A stretch of 64,000 nucleotides of DNA, from positions 186,001-250,000 of the forward strand of contig KZ537996.1 in NCBI GenBank assembly GCA_000934665.2, in the 5' to 3' direction. Position numbers and translations under genes: made by a program. This stretch comes from Catajapyx aquilonaris. Taxonomy: Eukaryota. The first letter of the stretch is position 1; each line of letters opens with the position of its first letter. Below are positions 24,660 to 38,100 of this stretch, piece after piece. The notes beneath the pieces were generated by a model. It ran no database searches and was not told the origin of the DNA. It was given only the letters and a program-made list of their open reading frames with translations.

Positions 24660-24950
24660 TTGTACCCCGTGCTAGGGCCATGGGCCCTCTTAGGGGGGTG
24701 GGATACCACCATATTTTTTATTATCTGGAACTCTTGCTTTCGTTTTTACTTCTCGTATATGGGGATGGGATAGGGACGGAAGGAAGCGGCTGTGGCCTAT
24801 AATTACGGACACGACCCCGGAATTTTCCTGGTGAGACCATGGGAAATCACAGAAAACCACGGTCAGGGTCGGCGGCTACCGGGATTCGAACCCAGGGCCT
24901 CCCGATTAGCAGTCGGATACCATATCCCCTCCGCTACCACTGCTTCGGTA
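24578..24950 (-). mobile_element. tRNA-derived SINE, family A, full-length copy with long (ATT)n tail
   Basis: Reverse complement matches 6103-6280 closely (ACCGAAGCAGT...CCGACTGCTAATCGGGAGG...GGTTCGAATCCCGG). Tail at 24578-24658. TSD GGATGTGA at 24570-24577 and 24951-24958, extendable with one mismatch. Confidence 0.92.
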
Positions 24951-27900
24951 GGATGTGACAATATATTGGTGCATAATTGATGAATTCTCGTGAAGTGATA
25001 TCTGTTTTAACAAAACAACGTATTTTGCTTGTACAATATTCAGTATAACTGCGCTTTTCAAAATCACTGAGGAGTTATACAACCCGGGTGAAATTCCCTT
25101 ATCATCCAGACCCTATATTTCAGACAACTTAAATATAACCTGTTAAAATTATTAATCTGATGCTTTAAAAAACGCAAAATATATGCGACATATCTTTGGG
25201 AGAGCAGCATATAGCAATGCCTTTGTTTGTATCTTCCATTGTGGTGAGGACCAATCACTGCTAGTATGGGGGGGGGGGGGAAGCAGGGNAGCAGGGAGAG
25301 AAAAAGTTTCCCTGCAGCAACGACTCGTAATTATCATTAATATGCCTCTCTAGAGGACTGAAGGCGACTAATTTAATGGCAAATTCCTGCTTCCCGGAAG
25401 TAAAAGTAGGGGAGAAAAAAACCGAGTTCGCGGCTGACGAAAATTACTTTCCCAACTATCACAGGGGGATAAATTAAAAGATAAAGGGGGGAAGAAAGAT
25501 TATGTGGAATATTACTTACCAAGCCGGGAGAAGAAATTAAACCATGAGTCGCTTTAATTTGCAGGCTGAAGTTAACCACAGATTTCTAGAAGAAAAGGAC
25601 GGTCAAATAGTCTTTCATTTCACCATGGTCGTATCATTTTTGTAAAACACAACGTACCTCAAATATTACACGTCAATACAAAATTAAACATTTGGGTAGC
25701 AAATGTGGCATTATGACATATCTTCATGAGCAATTTGGTGATAATTGCTTTTTTTTGTTTTCTTGTTGGCCATCCAATGATCCCTTCCAGGATTGATTTT
25801 GCAGTGTACCACTCCCATGTTTTCTTTAGTGCCAAAGTCGTAATGACGACAAAGCAATGCGGATGACAGGAAGAAAATATAATAAATTAAAAAATGGCCT
25901 ATGTCACTTGAGGAAGAAATGTGGAGCACCAGTCACTTCAACATCCTGCCATTCAATTTTACTCTGGGACGATCATTACTGCCACATTTCCCAGTCTAGA
26001 GAGATTTATGTTATTCTGACCCACTCACCGATTTGGGAACAAGTGGACTTGAGCACTTTCAGAAATGGGAACGCCAATAATTTTTCGCAATTTCTTAGTC
26101 CCATTCTGAACACGCTCTTCCTCTCTTCGTGTGGAACCCCCTCCCTTACTTCTTTCCATTTTGGAGTTTGGAAAATGAAACCAAAACTTTTTTTTTCTTT
26201 CTTTCTTTCTTTCTTTCTTCCCCATCTCCCTCCCCTCATCTCCTCTATCAGTAGCAACTGCTAGTGAAATTTAATCTAAAAAGTTCCCGAGGGAGGCGAC
26301 ACAGCCTGCTAAGCTGTGCCGTTCCTGTAATTTTAGAAATATTTGGGACATCCGCTGCACAGAATGTAAATCTTTGCGGTGCCGCATCATGCTCCAAAAT
26401 AATAATAATAATAAAAAATTTCGACCACTTTTGAGCACATGTGAAACTAATCGTGGGAAAAGACATGCGCAGGAATTGGGTCTTTTCATGTCATTTAAAC
26501 GCACGATAAGAATAGCATCCCAGCAAAAGATAAGCTCCATTTCCTTTCACTCAACTACGCTCGTAAAGCCGCATAATAACCTTATCTTCTCTTATCTAAA
26601 CTACAGTTTATTTCTGGTTGGCCTGTGCAGAGTCAAACCGAATCGTATTTTGCGCTCAACATCTGATCCCCATTCTGGCATCATCTTTTTGTTGTTGTTT
26701 GCAATGCTTTACACCTCGGGAACCCTCATGCTATTATTGCCACCTAATGCTAATTCTGTGTATGCAAATTTTAGTTTTTGTAGCCTACTTCAGTCCAAAA
26801 AAAAGGGCTGGGAAAATGGGGGGTGGGGGTAGTCCAGATGTTAATGGCAGAAGGGTGGCAGCTGAGATAGGTTGTTACAGCACCATTATCAAGACCTCCC
26901 TGAAAGACTCCTCATGAGAGTGTTTGACTTGACAATTCAGCGTAACATTTTTCCGCACTGCCTAGGAAGCAATTGAGTGTACCGCAAGTTAAGTAACTGC
27001 CCCTTTCATACACATAAAAAAAAACTGGTGACCTGAACCTAATCAGCTGAACTAATGGACGTAACCAGAACTGATTGTTAGCCGCATCACGCGTTAGAAA
27101 GTTTTTGTTGGGTGCTCGTTATGGGCGTTACGGCCCTTTTCTTTTCGATTTGAGGCATCCAATTTCTATGGTCATCGCCATTCCAGCATTCGAAATGCGC
27201 TTTCCGACACCGAGTCAACACGTAACGTGTTCATTTTTTTGGGGAGTTGAAGAGTATTCGAGAAAGTTTGAAAATAAAGGAGAGGAAGTCATTGACATCC
27301 TCACGGTTCATAAAGTGGCAGTGTCGTTACAATAAGTACATCGTCATCTCCAAAAGGAAATGGCGTGAGAAAATTCAAGTATATGTTCAGTGATTCCTAC
27401 AGGCAATGTTCCGCTTATTTTTTTCACTGTATTAAAAAAAGTGAGGCTTTTGACCCACTCATTGAAAACTATATAGTCAAATATTTTATGATATCAACAT
27501 ATGGCATACAGGAGAAAAAAAAACAGCTTCAAAATAATCCAATGACATTCTACTGTTGTAAAAAAAAATCTGGTTTGATGGCTTATGAATCTTTTGGCCT
27601 AAATGAACTTCACTAGACCATAAAATTGAACAGTGGATTTCTCCTTGATATTTTCATCAGTAAACGATCTCACTGGTTCTTCCCAGCACAACCACTTAAA
27701 AATGGTTGGCCGTACCCTGAAAACCCAGGAGTCGTGCTGGGACTTTTTGCATCTTCTTCTTTAGAAAAGGGAGGGTCACGGTCGCACCCTGACATGTACA
27801 CTGTTGCAAGATGACCTCAAAACCCAGTCAGGATTTTTCCAAAGTTAATCAGGCAGTTGCAGTAACTCAAGTGAGCTTCATTTGAATGCTAGCAAGTTTT

Positions 27901-30900
27901 CCATCGTGTACAAGGTTTTTTTTTCCCGTACCTGCTGTAAGCCGGGTCTATGACCCGAAACAGGACACCACTAACCTTGTCTAGTAATCATCCTGTGCAA
28001 AAACACACCTTTAAAACGCATTGTGCGCAGAATATTCGAGACAGAATTGACAGAATACAAAACAGTGGGTAGTATTCTCAGTCTTTGAAAAAAAAAAAAC
28101 TGAAAAAGAGAAAAAAAAGGTTGCTACATATATACAAAAGCGCCACAGTTGGAATTTTCATTATTTTTTACTGTTGTTCCGTTGGGGAACAAATATTTTC
28201 CGCGGCGAGAGAAATTGCAACGCAAATGCTCATGCAGGACGGGAAAGAAAATGCGAAAAATGCTGGTTGGCTCATTTAGGAACCGAAGTGGCAATGCTGG
28301 AAAGTCGCAGTGAGGTGGGCAAAAGGGGGAGGGCAAAAGGGGATAGAAGGGAGATGGAAGTGAAAAAAAAACCCAGAGATGTTTCTGATAACACTAACTT
28401 GGATGGTTCTTCCGAGTCAGGAAAAAGACCTTGTAGATTCCACTGTTTGTATTTGTCCGAATTGGATTTGTTGAGCAAATGTTTTTGCAAATACCGACTT
28501 TTTTTATGCAGTGTGCAATTTCAGGTAGGCATATAACTCTCAAGTATTTAAACCGCCCCGGGGAAAATGCTGAGACCCTAATGAAAATAAAAATGGCCTC
28601 CCCTTTTGTCTGCTGAAAATGTAGCCATGAAATGGGATGTGGGTTCTAGCTAAATATTTCTAACGCCGGATCATTTTACTAAAATTGGATTCTTTTGCGG
28701 GCATTGAATGTCGCTTTTACATTAAGGAGTGTTCACTACTTTTTAGAGCCTTAATGTCGCGACGACCAAACCACAACAATGTTGTGGTCTCCGCCATGGA
28801 CCTGCCATCTCCGAAACTGCTGCAGACACCGGATTAAAACCCACTCCTCTTGTTTTAATAACATCGCAATTAGTTTCTAAAGCACTAGACCCCCGCATTT
28901 CTGATCAAAATTGCAATCCAGCAAAAGTGACGCCTTTTCCTTTATTTATTTGATGCCAACAATAGCTGGGAGCGTGCCTGTACATCAGGAAAGTGGAAAG
29001 GTTTAGGGGGATTTGTGAGAGTCGTTTCCAGGCCGCTAAAATTAAGAAAAGGATTCCAAGACAGTGGGTGGGGGGTTGTCTTTGTTGGTTCATAAGATCA
29101 GCAGCTTCCGCCAATATATATGGTGTGGAACTTCGTCCCCTTTTCCGCCTCCGGACAAACCAAATTTAGGAAAGTAGAGAGCTAGAGGGGGAAAGAGAGA
29201 GAGAGGATGGCGAGAATGAAATAACCAAGATGGAAAGCTCCTGTACGACTTGTCGCCGGAGTAATTTCCTAAGACGGATTAATGATGAGTAACAGCGACA
29301 CCGAGAAATATTTAATGCCTCTAGAGGCTTGTTCAGGATGAATGTTCTGGAGGAACTTCGTAGTGGGGATGTCACTGCTAATTTTATTTAGTACAACCAT
29401 CCTATATTTCTCTCTTCGGTTTCCATTGCATACAACCGTGGAAAGGACGAAAAAAAAAGAAAGTACACCAAATGTCTTATCGCTAAAGAACACTCGGGAG
29501 ACGACCAACGCAGGAGGATTTCGCATTTAACGTACGACCCACCCTCCCCGAAATTCGACCTTGTCTAGTGGAGCCGTAAATCTTCCAGGCGAAATTGGAG
29601 ATTGCAGGATCACTCTAGGTCTCCTCTATACAGAGAAGACTTCATGGTGATGGAAGAGAAGAAGTTGGGAGGGGGAGGAGACAGGAGGGGAAGAAGAAGA
29701 AGAAGAAGAAATCCCTCTCTCAACTCTGGAAAGGAAATGATCTGAACATCCAAAAGTTTCCCGTCCAAAAACTAATATTAAGCCTGCCCTTCTGATATAT
29801 TATACCACAGTTGGCACAGTAGGGGTTCATTCCCCTAATATACTACACTAATGTACTAGCGAATTTTTATGAAAAAAATAGGTCGAAAGAAGCTGGCTAG
29901 GCAACATTTTTCCCTACATTTTTTTTACAAGGCTGTGAAATGGGTGGTGGCTTCCTAGACTCTATCCTGATTGGACCCCAACAACTATTTATCATTTCCA
30001 ACCTGTAATCAATTCACTCTCGGGCCATTTTATTGGTTACAGTCAGGAAAAGGGCACATTCATTAAATCAACCTGTCCCGGGGAGACCTGGGAGGATCAT
30101 GCAACTATTGGCTGAAAATAACAAGCCGTATGCCTACATGCGCGGAAATGTTTCTCTCGGCATTGGGCGGCAAAAAAACCACTACTTACCCCCCATTTTT
30201 TTTAAACCAGGCCCTTGAAACAAGCCTATAAATCTGTCGAGTCTAGCAGATTTATAGACGCCAACTCCGATGGATTTCCCACACTCCCACTTTCCTATTT
30301 ATATATACCTGAGATCTGCATTAAAAATGATGGAAGGGTTTATTTACCTCCTAGCTATTAAATCGCAGCTTTAATCTTCATTCGTACTGTGCATGCAATC
30401 GCCAGCATTACTTACGCTAATACTGCGTGTCTTGTAAGAGCGATAAAGGCTAACGCTGCTGAAGGCAAAAGAAAAATAGCGCTTATCAATAGCAGAAAGC
30501 ACAATAATCGTGTAGGAAAAAGGCCGTTTGTCTGAATCGCCGTTTTCTGAAAATTTTAGAGATTAAGAGGGGACTGGCAGTGGTTTACGAGGAAACAAAC
30601 CTCGATTGTCGGAATTAGACAATACGACTGCTTACCTCAGTAATCGTCGTTGCAATTAACTTCTTACGAGGCGCAAAGTACCTAATGCTATTAGTAAGAT
30701 GCTTTATGAGTTAATTACGAGATATACTCCCAGCACCCCCCTCCAGAAAGACTGTATTTGCCCTCGAAAATATGGTTCTTTAGGTGGCGATATCGATCTG
30801 GTTCCTTTTACTGTTATTTTGCCGCCAGGAACAGATTAGGGATTTGGACATAAATCCCACCCAAATGATGCCGGACGAACTAATTGCAGCCCGTTACAGT

Positions 30901-33900
30901 TGCATAACTGAGATAAGTTAAACAACGACCATGCAGGGAAATCATGTCTTTCTGCATTTTAAGGCAACGACTCTCTATAAGCATGATTTAGAACGATCAA
31001 TCCGGCTGAATAGTCTGGTCCGGTCATGATAAGACACTCGAGTTGCCATACACTATCCGAAAATGTGTGTAAGGCAAACTTTCCTTCAAAAAAAATGATG
31101 ACGCTCATTAACAAAGTATAATTTTGCATCTAAAATACCAAGCACATCCGGAGTCAACCGACTTCACATCTGGCTTCCAATAATGCAAATGAGACATATG
31201 GATGATCCAGATGTGTTGCCAATAAATTCCGATCGAAAAATAATATTGTCAAATTTTGAAGGCTGGCACACGTCTGATCGCAACACGCCCGAATAATTTT
31301 TATATGAAAAAACGAACAATGTCACCTGGATAGCTATAGAGGTGGGGAAGGACCACGAGTGAAGAAAAGTATAATACGATAGGGGAGGCTCAGCTTATGG
31401 TACTTGAAACGAAGCGTCATGTATAATGATATATATGAGACGATGGGTAGGGAAAGGGTCCATAGGGGGCAGTGCGCTTTCCGAATTGGGAATGAGGCCG
31501 AAAGGACGAGGGAGGGTTACAAGGAGCAATAAAGACATAAAACGACAAAAGTCTGTCCTTTTGCCCTCCTCCTGCGTGTGTCCACAGTAAAAAAAAGGAC
31601 AAAAAACAGGGAAAAAAGGGACTCCCTGAAATTTGGGTAATTCCCCTTGGCCTACTTTTCCTTATTGCTCCTGTTGGCGACTTTTAAAAAAATCCTTTCA
31701 AATTATCCTAGTCAAGAGGCTTCCAAGGCTAGATTTTTGCACCCGTTCCTCTGAAACCTTTTTTAGGACCCTTTTCTCTGTCGACGACTTTACACCCGGT
31801 CAATTGGTTGGTCGTAAAAAAAGGTTTGCGCTGATGTTAGAATTTTAGGTCACACTGAAACCCCTATTCACTCTAGAATAAAACACGTAGAAGGCTTTAG
31901 ATGAAAACGTTCCCAACCTGCCAAAGTGATGTACGATCCTCCGCATTGTTTGAACCAGAGGACTCCTAGCGACAATGGTGACACAGCAAGGGTTATAACG
32001 TCCATCCTATGGGCCAGTGCAGAAACGCGTGTAGAAAGATATGATAAGAGTTGGGCTTTTCGGTGAGCCCATTCCAAGTAAGCGGCCACGAGCTGCAATC
32101 ACACTATTCGTTAGCATTTACCTTTTATCAGAATCGGGCCGAGTCACACCGCGAGTTAAGCCCGACCCAAACCCGGGTCCGGGTATTAGAGATAATTCGA
32201 GGCCTCCTGAAAAAAAAATTCTTCTTTTAGCATGGCTGCCCTGAAATCCAACATGGCCGTCACCAACCCCTCTCTCTCCAAACTAACTACAGAGTTATCG
32301 CCGGCCCCGAATTCTGGCTCGGCTTCAAAACTAAAAGGCCCATTATGCCGCTTGCTACTACGTTCAGTAATCGCTAGCCGTCAATTCGACGATATCAGCA
32401 TAAAATTACGGTTCCCTCCCAAAAGGCTAATCGCCTGCAGCAGCTAAATAATCGCTTCATTTCCTGATTTGGCTGCATTGCAATGGGAAAGGGAAAGCGG
32501 ATCGTTTTGCCCCCCACTTTCCCCCCTTCCAAAAAAAAACCTCTTTTGGAGAGGACAGCATCGAATCCAACGCGGCACAGCTCCCCCGACAAATTCTGCC
32601 CAGAAGCATTTGCCCGCAATTGCGCTCTTTTGGCCCCCAAACCGCCACTTTCCTCCCTTCAGAAACACCATTCCCCATGTCACTTGCCCAATCTTCTAGC
32701 TCTCATCGCTTCCTTTTCTTATATTATTGACTAGCACTGTCTTCGAATCAATGCACCCTCAGCTGCAATGGCCACACTTTTTTACCTACCTTTTTTTTGC
32801 CAATAGTACAAAAATGTGTGGATATATATTTTGGCGTCATAATAAGTGCAGTGGCCTGGGATCGTGGTATGGCTTGAGCGTTTTGGCTCGCCAATAGGTG
32901 GAGAACCGCCAGACCACATTCTCGGACGTTACGTAAGTCACAACGCAGCTGTGCCCCATACTCACCACAATTAGCCTAGACTGATATAATATTCCTATGC
33001 ATTCTGGAATAATGAACCCTGATGGCCACTCTACCACAACATGAAAACTCATGCGCTTTTATCCTACACAAATCTTTTTGATATATCGATATTTATCGAT
33101 TATTCCATTCCTATTTGCCGATATGTATCGGCCGGTACTATCGCAGATATGAACCTTTAGGCCTGTTTACCAGGCATGTGACCTACCAGCAGTCTCAGAA
33201 TGATTTGCTTGAAGCGTAGCACAACAACCGCGGCATAAACGGGTCAAAACGAGTCCACAAAACGACAGTTAACCCCAGTAGCTACAATCACTTAAATGAG
33301 TCCATATGTCGCGCTGGGTCTTCGTCATAATATAGCCCTCTAAAACAGGGGGACAATCCTTTAGAGAGATGGAAACACTTGGAGCCAATTTGAAGCGACA
33401 CCACGGTCCTTGTTCGAAAATCAACATGGGTCGTTATGCTCCGACTCGAATGGCAACATCTGTTAGTTTTGGGTTATAGGTATGGCCTTTTTATGGCTAA
33501 TAAAACACTCAAGATAGACATCAGCGGTTTCAGTAGGTCTTCCGGAAAAGGGACCTTAAGTAGGCATTGAAGTACTTTATTGGTCCACTAAAGGTGTGGA
33601 GAAGAACTCATTAATTGGGAAAAATACTCCTGGGTTACCAGGCATTACCTTTTTATTACGCGACCCGCAGGGTGGGCTTGGCTATTGCCCTTCCTCGTCC
33701 CATTTCGGCACCCCCCCCCCCCNCCCCCCCTGGCTGCACCTCCCTCGCAGCCCCTCTTTCGTTTGTAAACAATCATTGGCACAAAACGTATGCCCAACCC
33801 CCCCTCGAATCGTAAAGGAAAATTATGCTCCTCTAACTAATTAGCTGGCTGGAATTATTGCGGAATGTTTTTCCCGAGCTAAATAATAGTTCTGCTTCAA

Positions 33901-34857
33901 TTGCTAGGGGCCTTTTCATTTCCAAGCTATTTGTTACGAAAGGTCATGATGTAGAACAGATAAACTGGAGTGAGTAAAAATATATGTCTTGCCGTATGTG
34001 CATGCAGTTCATATACAGTACATGCACGCTTATTTTTTTAGATTCGTCATTGTTCCGAATTGTCACGTGTGCAGTGACTTGTGCGGTAGGCTATATGAGA
34101 TTCAAGGAATGGACTTGAATTATTCAAAACAGTGTAAATGTAGTGGTCGTAAAAGTTTATTGCCTGCTGAAATTTATATGTGAACGCGTCTTGCCCGAAT
34201 AAAAATACTGAGGCGTAATATATGACTGGAAATATACAACTGCCAACTACTGTACATTAAACTGCGTAACTAGTCCACTCTGCTCTTTCACACTTTAATT
34301 TTACCAAAATGTTACATATTTTGTAGGTGAATTTACAGTTAAATCTAATATTTGACACTATGACAGTATAGTTACATTTCTGGAAATTTGTCATCAAAGT
34401 ATAATTCACTTTTGGAGGGAAAATGCCTTTTTGTTGGCACGATAGCGCTCCTGTAAATTGCACATTTGTGTTGGCTATATAATCAGGACCAGCGCTTTTG
34501 ACGTACGACACCACAGTACCCGGCCTGCGGTTAATGAAAAATTACAGTCCTACATGGTATAAATTCTTATTTAGCTGCCGGGTAGTTTCTCATTATTACG
34601 TGAGTATTGCATTTTATAGCCATGACTGTGATAAACATCCCTTGACTCTTAACAATGAGAATCTTATACATGCCGAACGCTGAAAATTATATGCTTTTGT
34701 ACTGCTACACACACAACCATGGTTCAGGATTCTTTTTTATACTCGCAATTTTTAAAATATAACTGGCATATGAAAAGTGCTTTTCCCATGTGCGAACGCA
34801 TTTATAGGCAGCTTAAGTTAAATTTTAATTTAAGCAGGAGTCCAATGCAACTGTGGA

Positions 34858-35128
34858 CAGGGTGTTAATCCTAAGCGTGTCACCAGAAAAGGTGGCGGTA
34901 GAGGGCGCAGGTGTGAGTATTTTTGCATAAGGAACTAGGGGTTGGAAACGCACCCTCACCGAGTTACGCCCCTTTCAAGTTTGCGGCAGGCAGTGTGCAA
35001 GAGGCGTGCGGCACGCGGCGGAGTGACTCGGTGATGGTGCGTTTCCCCTAGTTCCTTATGCAAAAATGCTCACACCTGCGCCCTCTACCACCACCTTTTC
35101 TGGTGACACGCTTAGGATTAACACCCTG
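34858..35128. mobile_element. Tc1/mariner-type MITE with about 110-bp arms
   Basis: CAGGGTGTTAATCCTAAGCGTGTCACCAGAAAAGGTGG... pairs with ...CCACCTTTTCTGGTGACACGCTTAGGATTAACACCCTG|TA. Left flank is GA rather than TA. Confidence 0.9.
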
Positions 35129-38100
35129 TATGTTGGAAGCAGATATACCCAATGTTATTGCAATGAAGGGGGTGCTGGTTGAGCATATTACATTCCGAAT
35201 TAAACCGTAAATGGCCAATCACGATACGGTACGATTGTGTCAGTGACGTGACTGGTATTAATTGCCGGCTCAGTCAGCTTAACATAATTATGACTCAAGC
35301 CCCCGAAACGCTATGACTGGCAAGCTTACATTTATTTTGCCAAGTAACGAATAAAATATTGAAATAAACTGCTGCATTTCAAAAAAAAAAAAAAAAATCC
35401 ACGATACACTGGTCTTGGCCCAATTTCACCTCAGCACACACACGTGTCTTAAGCCATGACAACAAGAAATCCCAGCAGCATTCTGACCTTAGCACGACGT
35501 CGCCCAAGCTAAATTCCGGCACGAGCTTATCTTCCGGAAAACCAATGGCTTATAAGTATATCATTAGAAGCCGCGATCTATCGCATTCGAAGCACGTTTA
35601 GGAGCTTTTATCCCAGATAACGCCATCGCAATATGTTCCTTTGGCAGGGTGAGCGTGGCATGAGCGAGATTACACCTAAGCCCAGCCGCATTGTCTTCAA
35701 CTTTGGGGACTTTATCAGGGGACAAGCCACGGGGTGCTGCATGCTGGTGGGGGAGAGACAATCTGCTCCAGCCCTCACAAATGTACCTGCTCAGGTCTTA
35801 TTGGCTTATTTCACTCACTTCCCTGCCTACCCGTATACAGGGTGTTGACAAAACTTGTGCCATCGCTTGTGTTTCTGCAGGTCATGAATTTTGATGGTTG
35901 CTGTTGGTGTCATGAGTCATGACCCAAAGGCACAATATTCAAAGCATGTTTCGTAACTGGTCTTTAAGACTAAACTGCTGAAAACCACTAGTTTTGAGCT
36001 GAGGAAAAAAATTGTGAATTGATCATCTTAAGCCGGATGTTCCTAATCTGGTTTCTTGTTGGTTGAGCAAAAAAAATGAAATGTTGACCAAGCATTGCGA
36101 AGTGTATGACGCAAAAGAACGTTGCAAAAACGTTGTAGCAAGAGGTTGGGTCTTTTTTAAGGTTATTATCGCAACATTGGTTTTGCATTACTGTAGGATA
36201 AGACTGGGACAGAATGAGAGAGAGCAAGTTTTAATACTGCAAAAGTTAGCCCACGATAGTCGTGATCTACAAAAAAAAACGAGAGAACAAAGGGCATAGC
36301 GTGAGGCAAACTAGTAAAGACCATGATAACATCTACAACTGTCAGCCTTATTTTCTCCCCCTTTTCCCCTAGTGTTCATAAATGCAAATTCTCGTGCTTC
36401 CAGTTCATCGACAGTGACGCAAATTGCGCTCAAAGTGTGTTTTCATTGGCAATGTCGCAAGTTAAACAATTCATCCTCCACACTTTTTTTCTGCATTTAA
36501 TTGCAACGTTAGCCATGACAACTGGGCAGTTAGGGTAAAGAAAAGTGAAAGCCTGAATTTGAGTACACCAGTAGTACCGGGTGTGTAATGAGCAGGACAA
36601 CTTGTGGGGAGGTTTCAATTATTCATAGTTTGAGCGATGAAAAGGATGGCAAGATATAGCTCGCAGCACATGAGAGGTGGGAACAAGATGCCGGCTTCCA
36701 TTTGCAGGCAGAGAGGGAGCAAATCCCTGGATGTGAAAAGAGAGAGAGAGATGGTGGAAGGGAAAAGCTTCATCCCCCAAGAGGGCGCCCTCCATATACC
36801 TCCCACCACCCAGCCAAAGTCCTCCGACGGTGCCGCCATTTCCTCCAGATTGGCGAAATGACGAGGGGGGCTCAAGTCTCCCCAAAGTTTGCTCTTCATC
36901 CGCTCCAAACTCCGAGCTCATCTTTCCAACTTAGAAATAATTTGGAATACATTATCCAGAGGGTGCTTTCTGCCGTCGATAATGACTTTTATGAATAGTT
37001 GGTATTTTATGAGGCACGAAGAAGAGACGACTTGGTGGGGGGGTGGTGGTGGGGGTGGTGGAAGAAGGGTGTGTGTGTGTGGCTGTGTGTTTGTAAGCCC
37101 CTCGTGCCAGTCAGGAGACCCCCACTGATTTACGTTATTTGCAGGAGTAAAACTGAAGTTTATTTTCGACATGGGGTACAGGGTGTGCAGACTGCTTCTA
37201 TATTTTCGAGACACCCAGTAGGATCTGTTGACGACGCCCATTAATCCAGCTATCTAACCCTTATTTCTATGCCTGTATACGGAGGCTGGCAACTGTTTAG
37301 GTTCCTAATCACCGTTACATGTACGAGGACTGGGCGGTACCCGACTGGAAGGAAACGTGCAAATGTCTTCCAGTCGTCTTATCTGCAACCACTACATGTC
37401 CTAAAGGTCCTCCCCAGCATTTTTTTTCTTTACTTAGTTAGGAGGCCTGTTAGGTTACATCTATTCCGTTTGTTCACAGAAGCCGCGCCATCTACCTGGT
37501 ATCACATAAATTAAAGCCGTACAGGCCTCCCGTGTCTCACTTTGATTCCACCAAACGAATGGCCCCCATCTGCTCATTTTCGATAAGGCCATCATTTCTC
37601 GAGTGGGATTCTCCCCGTCTACATAAGTCTTGGGTTGTTCCGGTGGGGGGAAGCCAAAAATGACTTCAAAATGACTTGATAAATATCTCACTAGGGTGTC
37701 ACGCATAATCCTGTAAATAATACACGGGTCCTGCTGCATGGAGGAATGAAATAGTCCACCTGCTTTTGCCCAACTCCCCCCCTCGGTCGCCATATTTCTT
37801 CTTTCTGTCGACCTCCTTGTTACTCTGACGTGGATATACGGTTATGGTTATGTGGCAGAGTGATAACTTTTTCTGGGACAATGAGGTGGCAAAAAGCAAT
37901 TCGTCTTCATTTTCTACAATCCCAGCATGATTATTCAGTTCCTTTTACCCTTAGCTAACTATATTCCTTAGAGATGACCACATTTCAGCTCGTTATCAGT
38001 GCGTTATCACACTTGTGCTTACGCCATGTTCTTTTTTTTCTGTCTGTGACTCCTGTTGAAACAACTGAGAATGTAGGTTGTTTAACACTGGCTGGCATGT

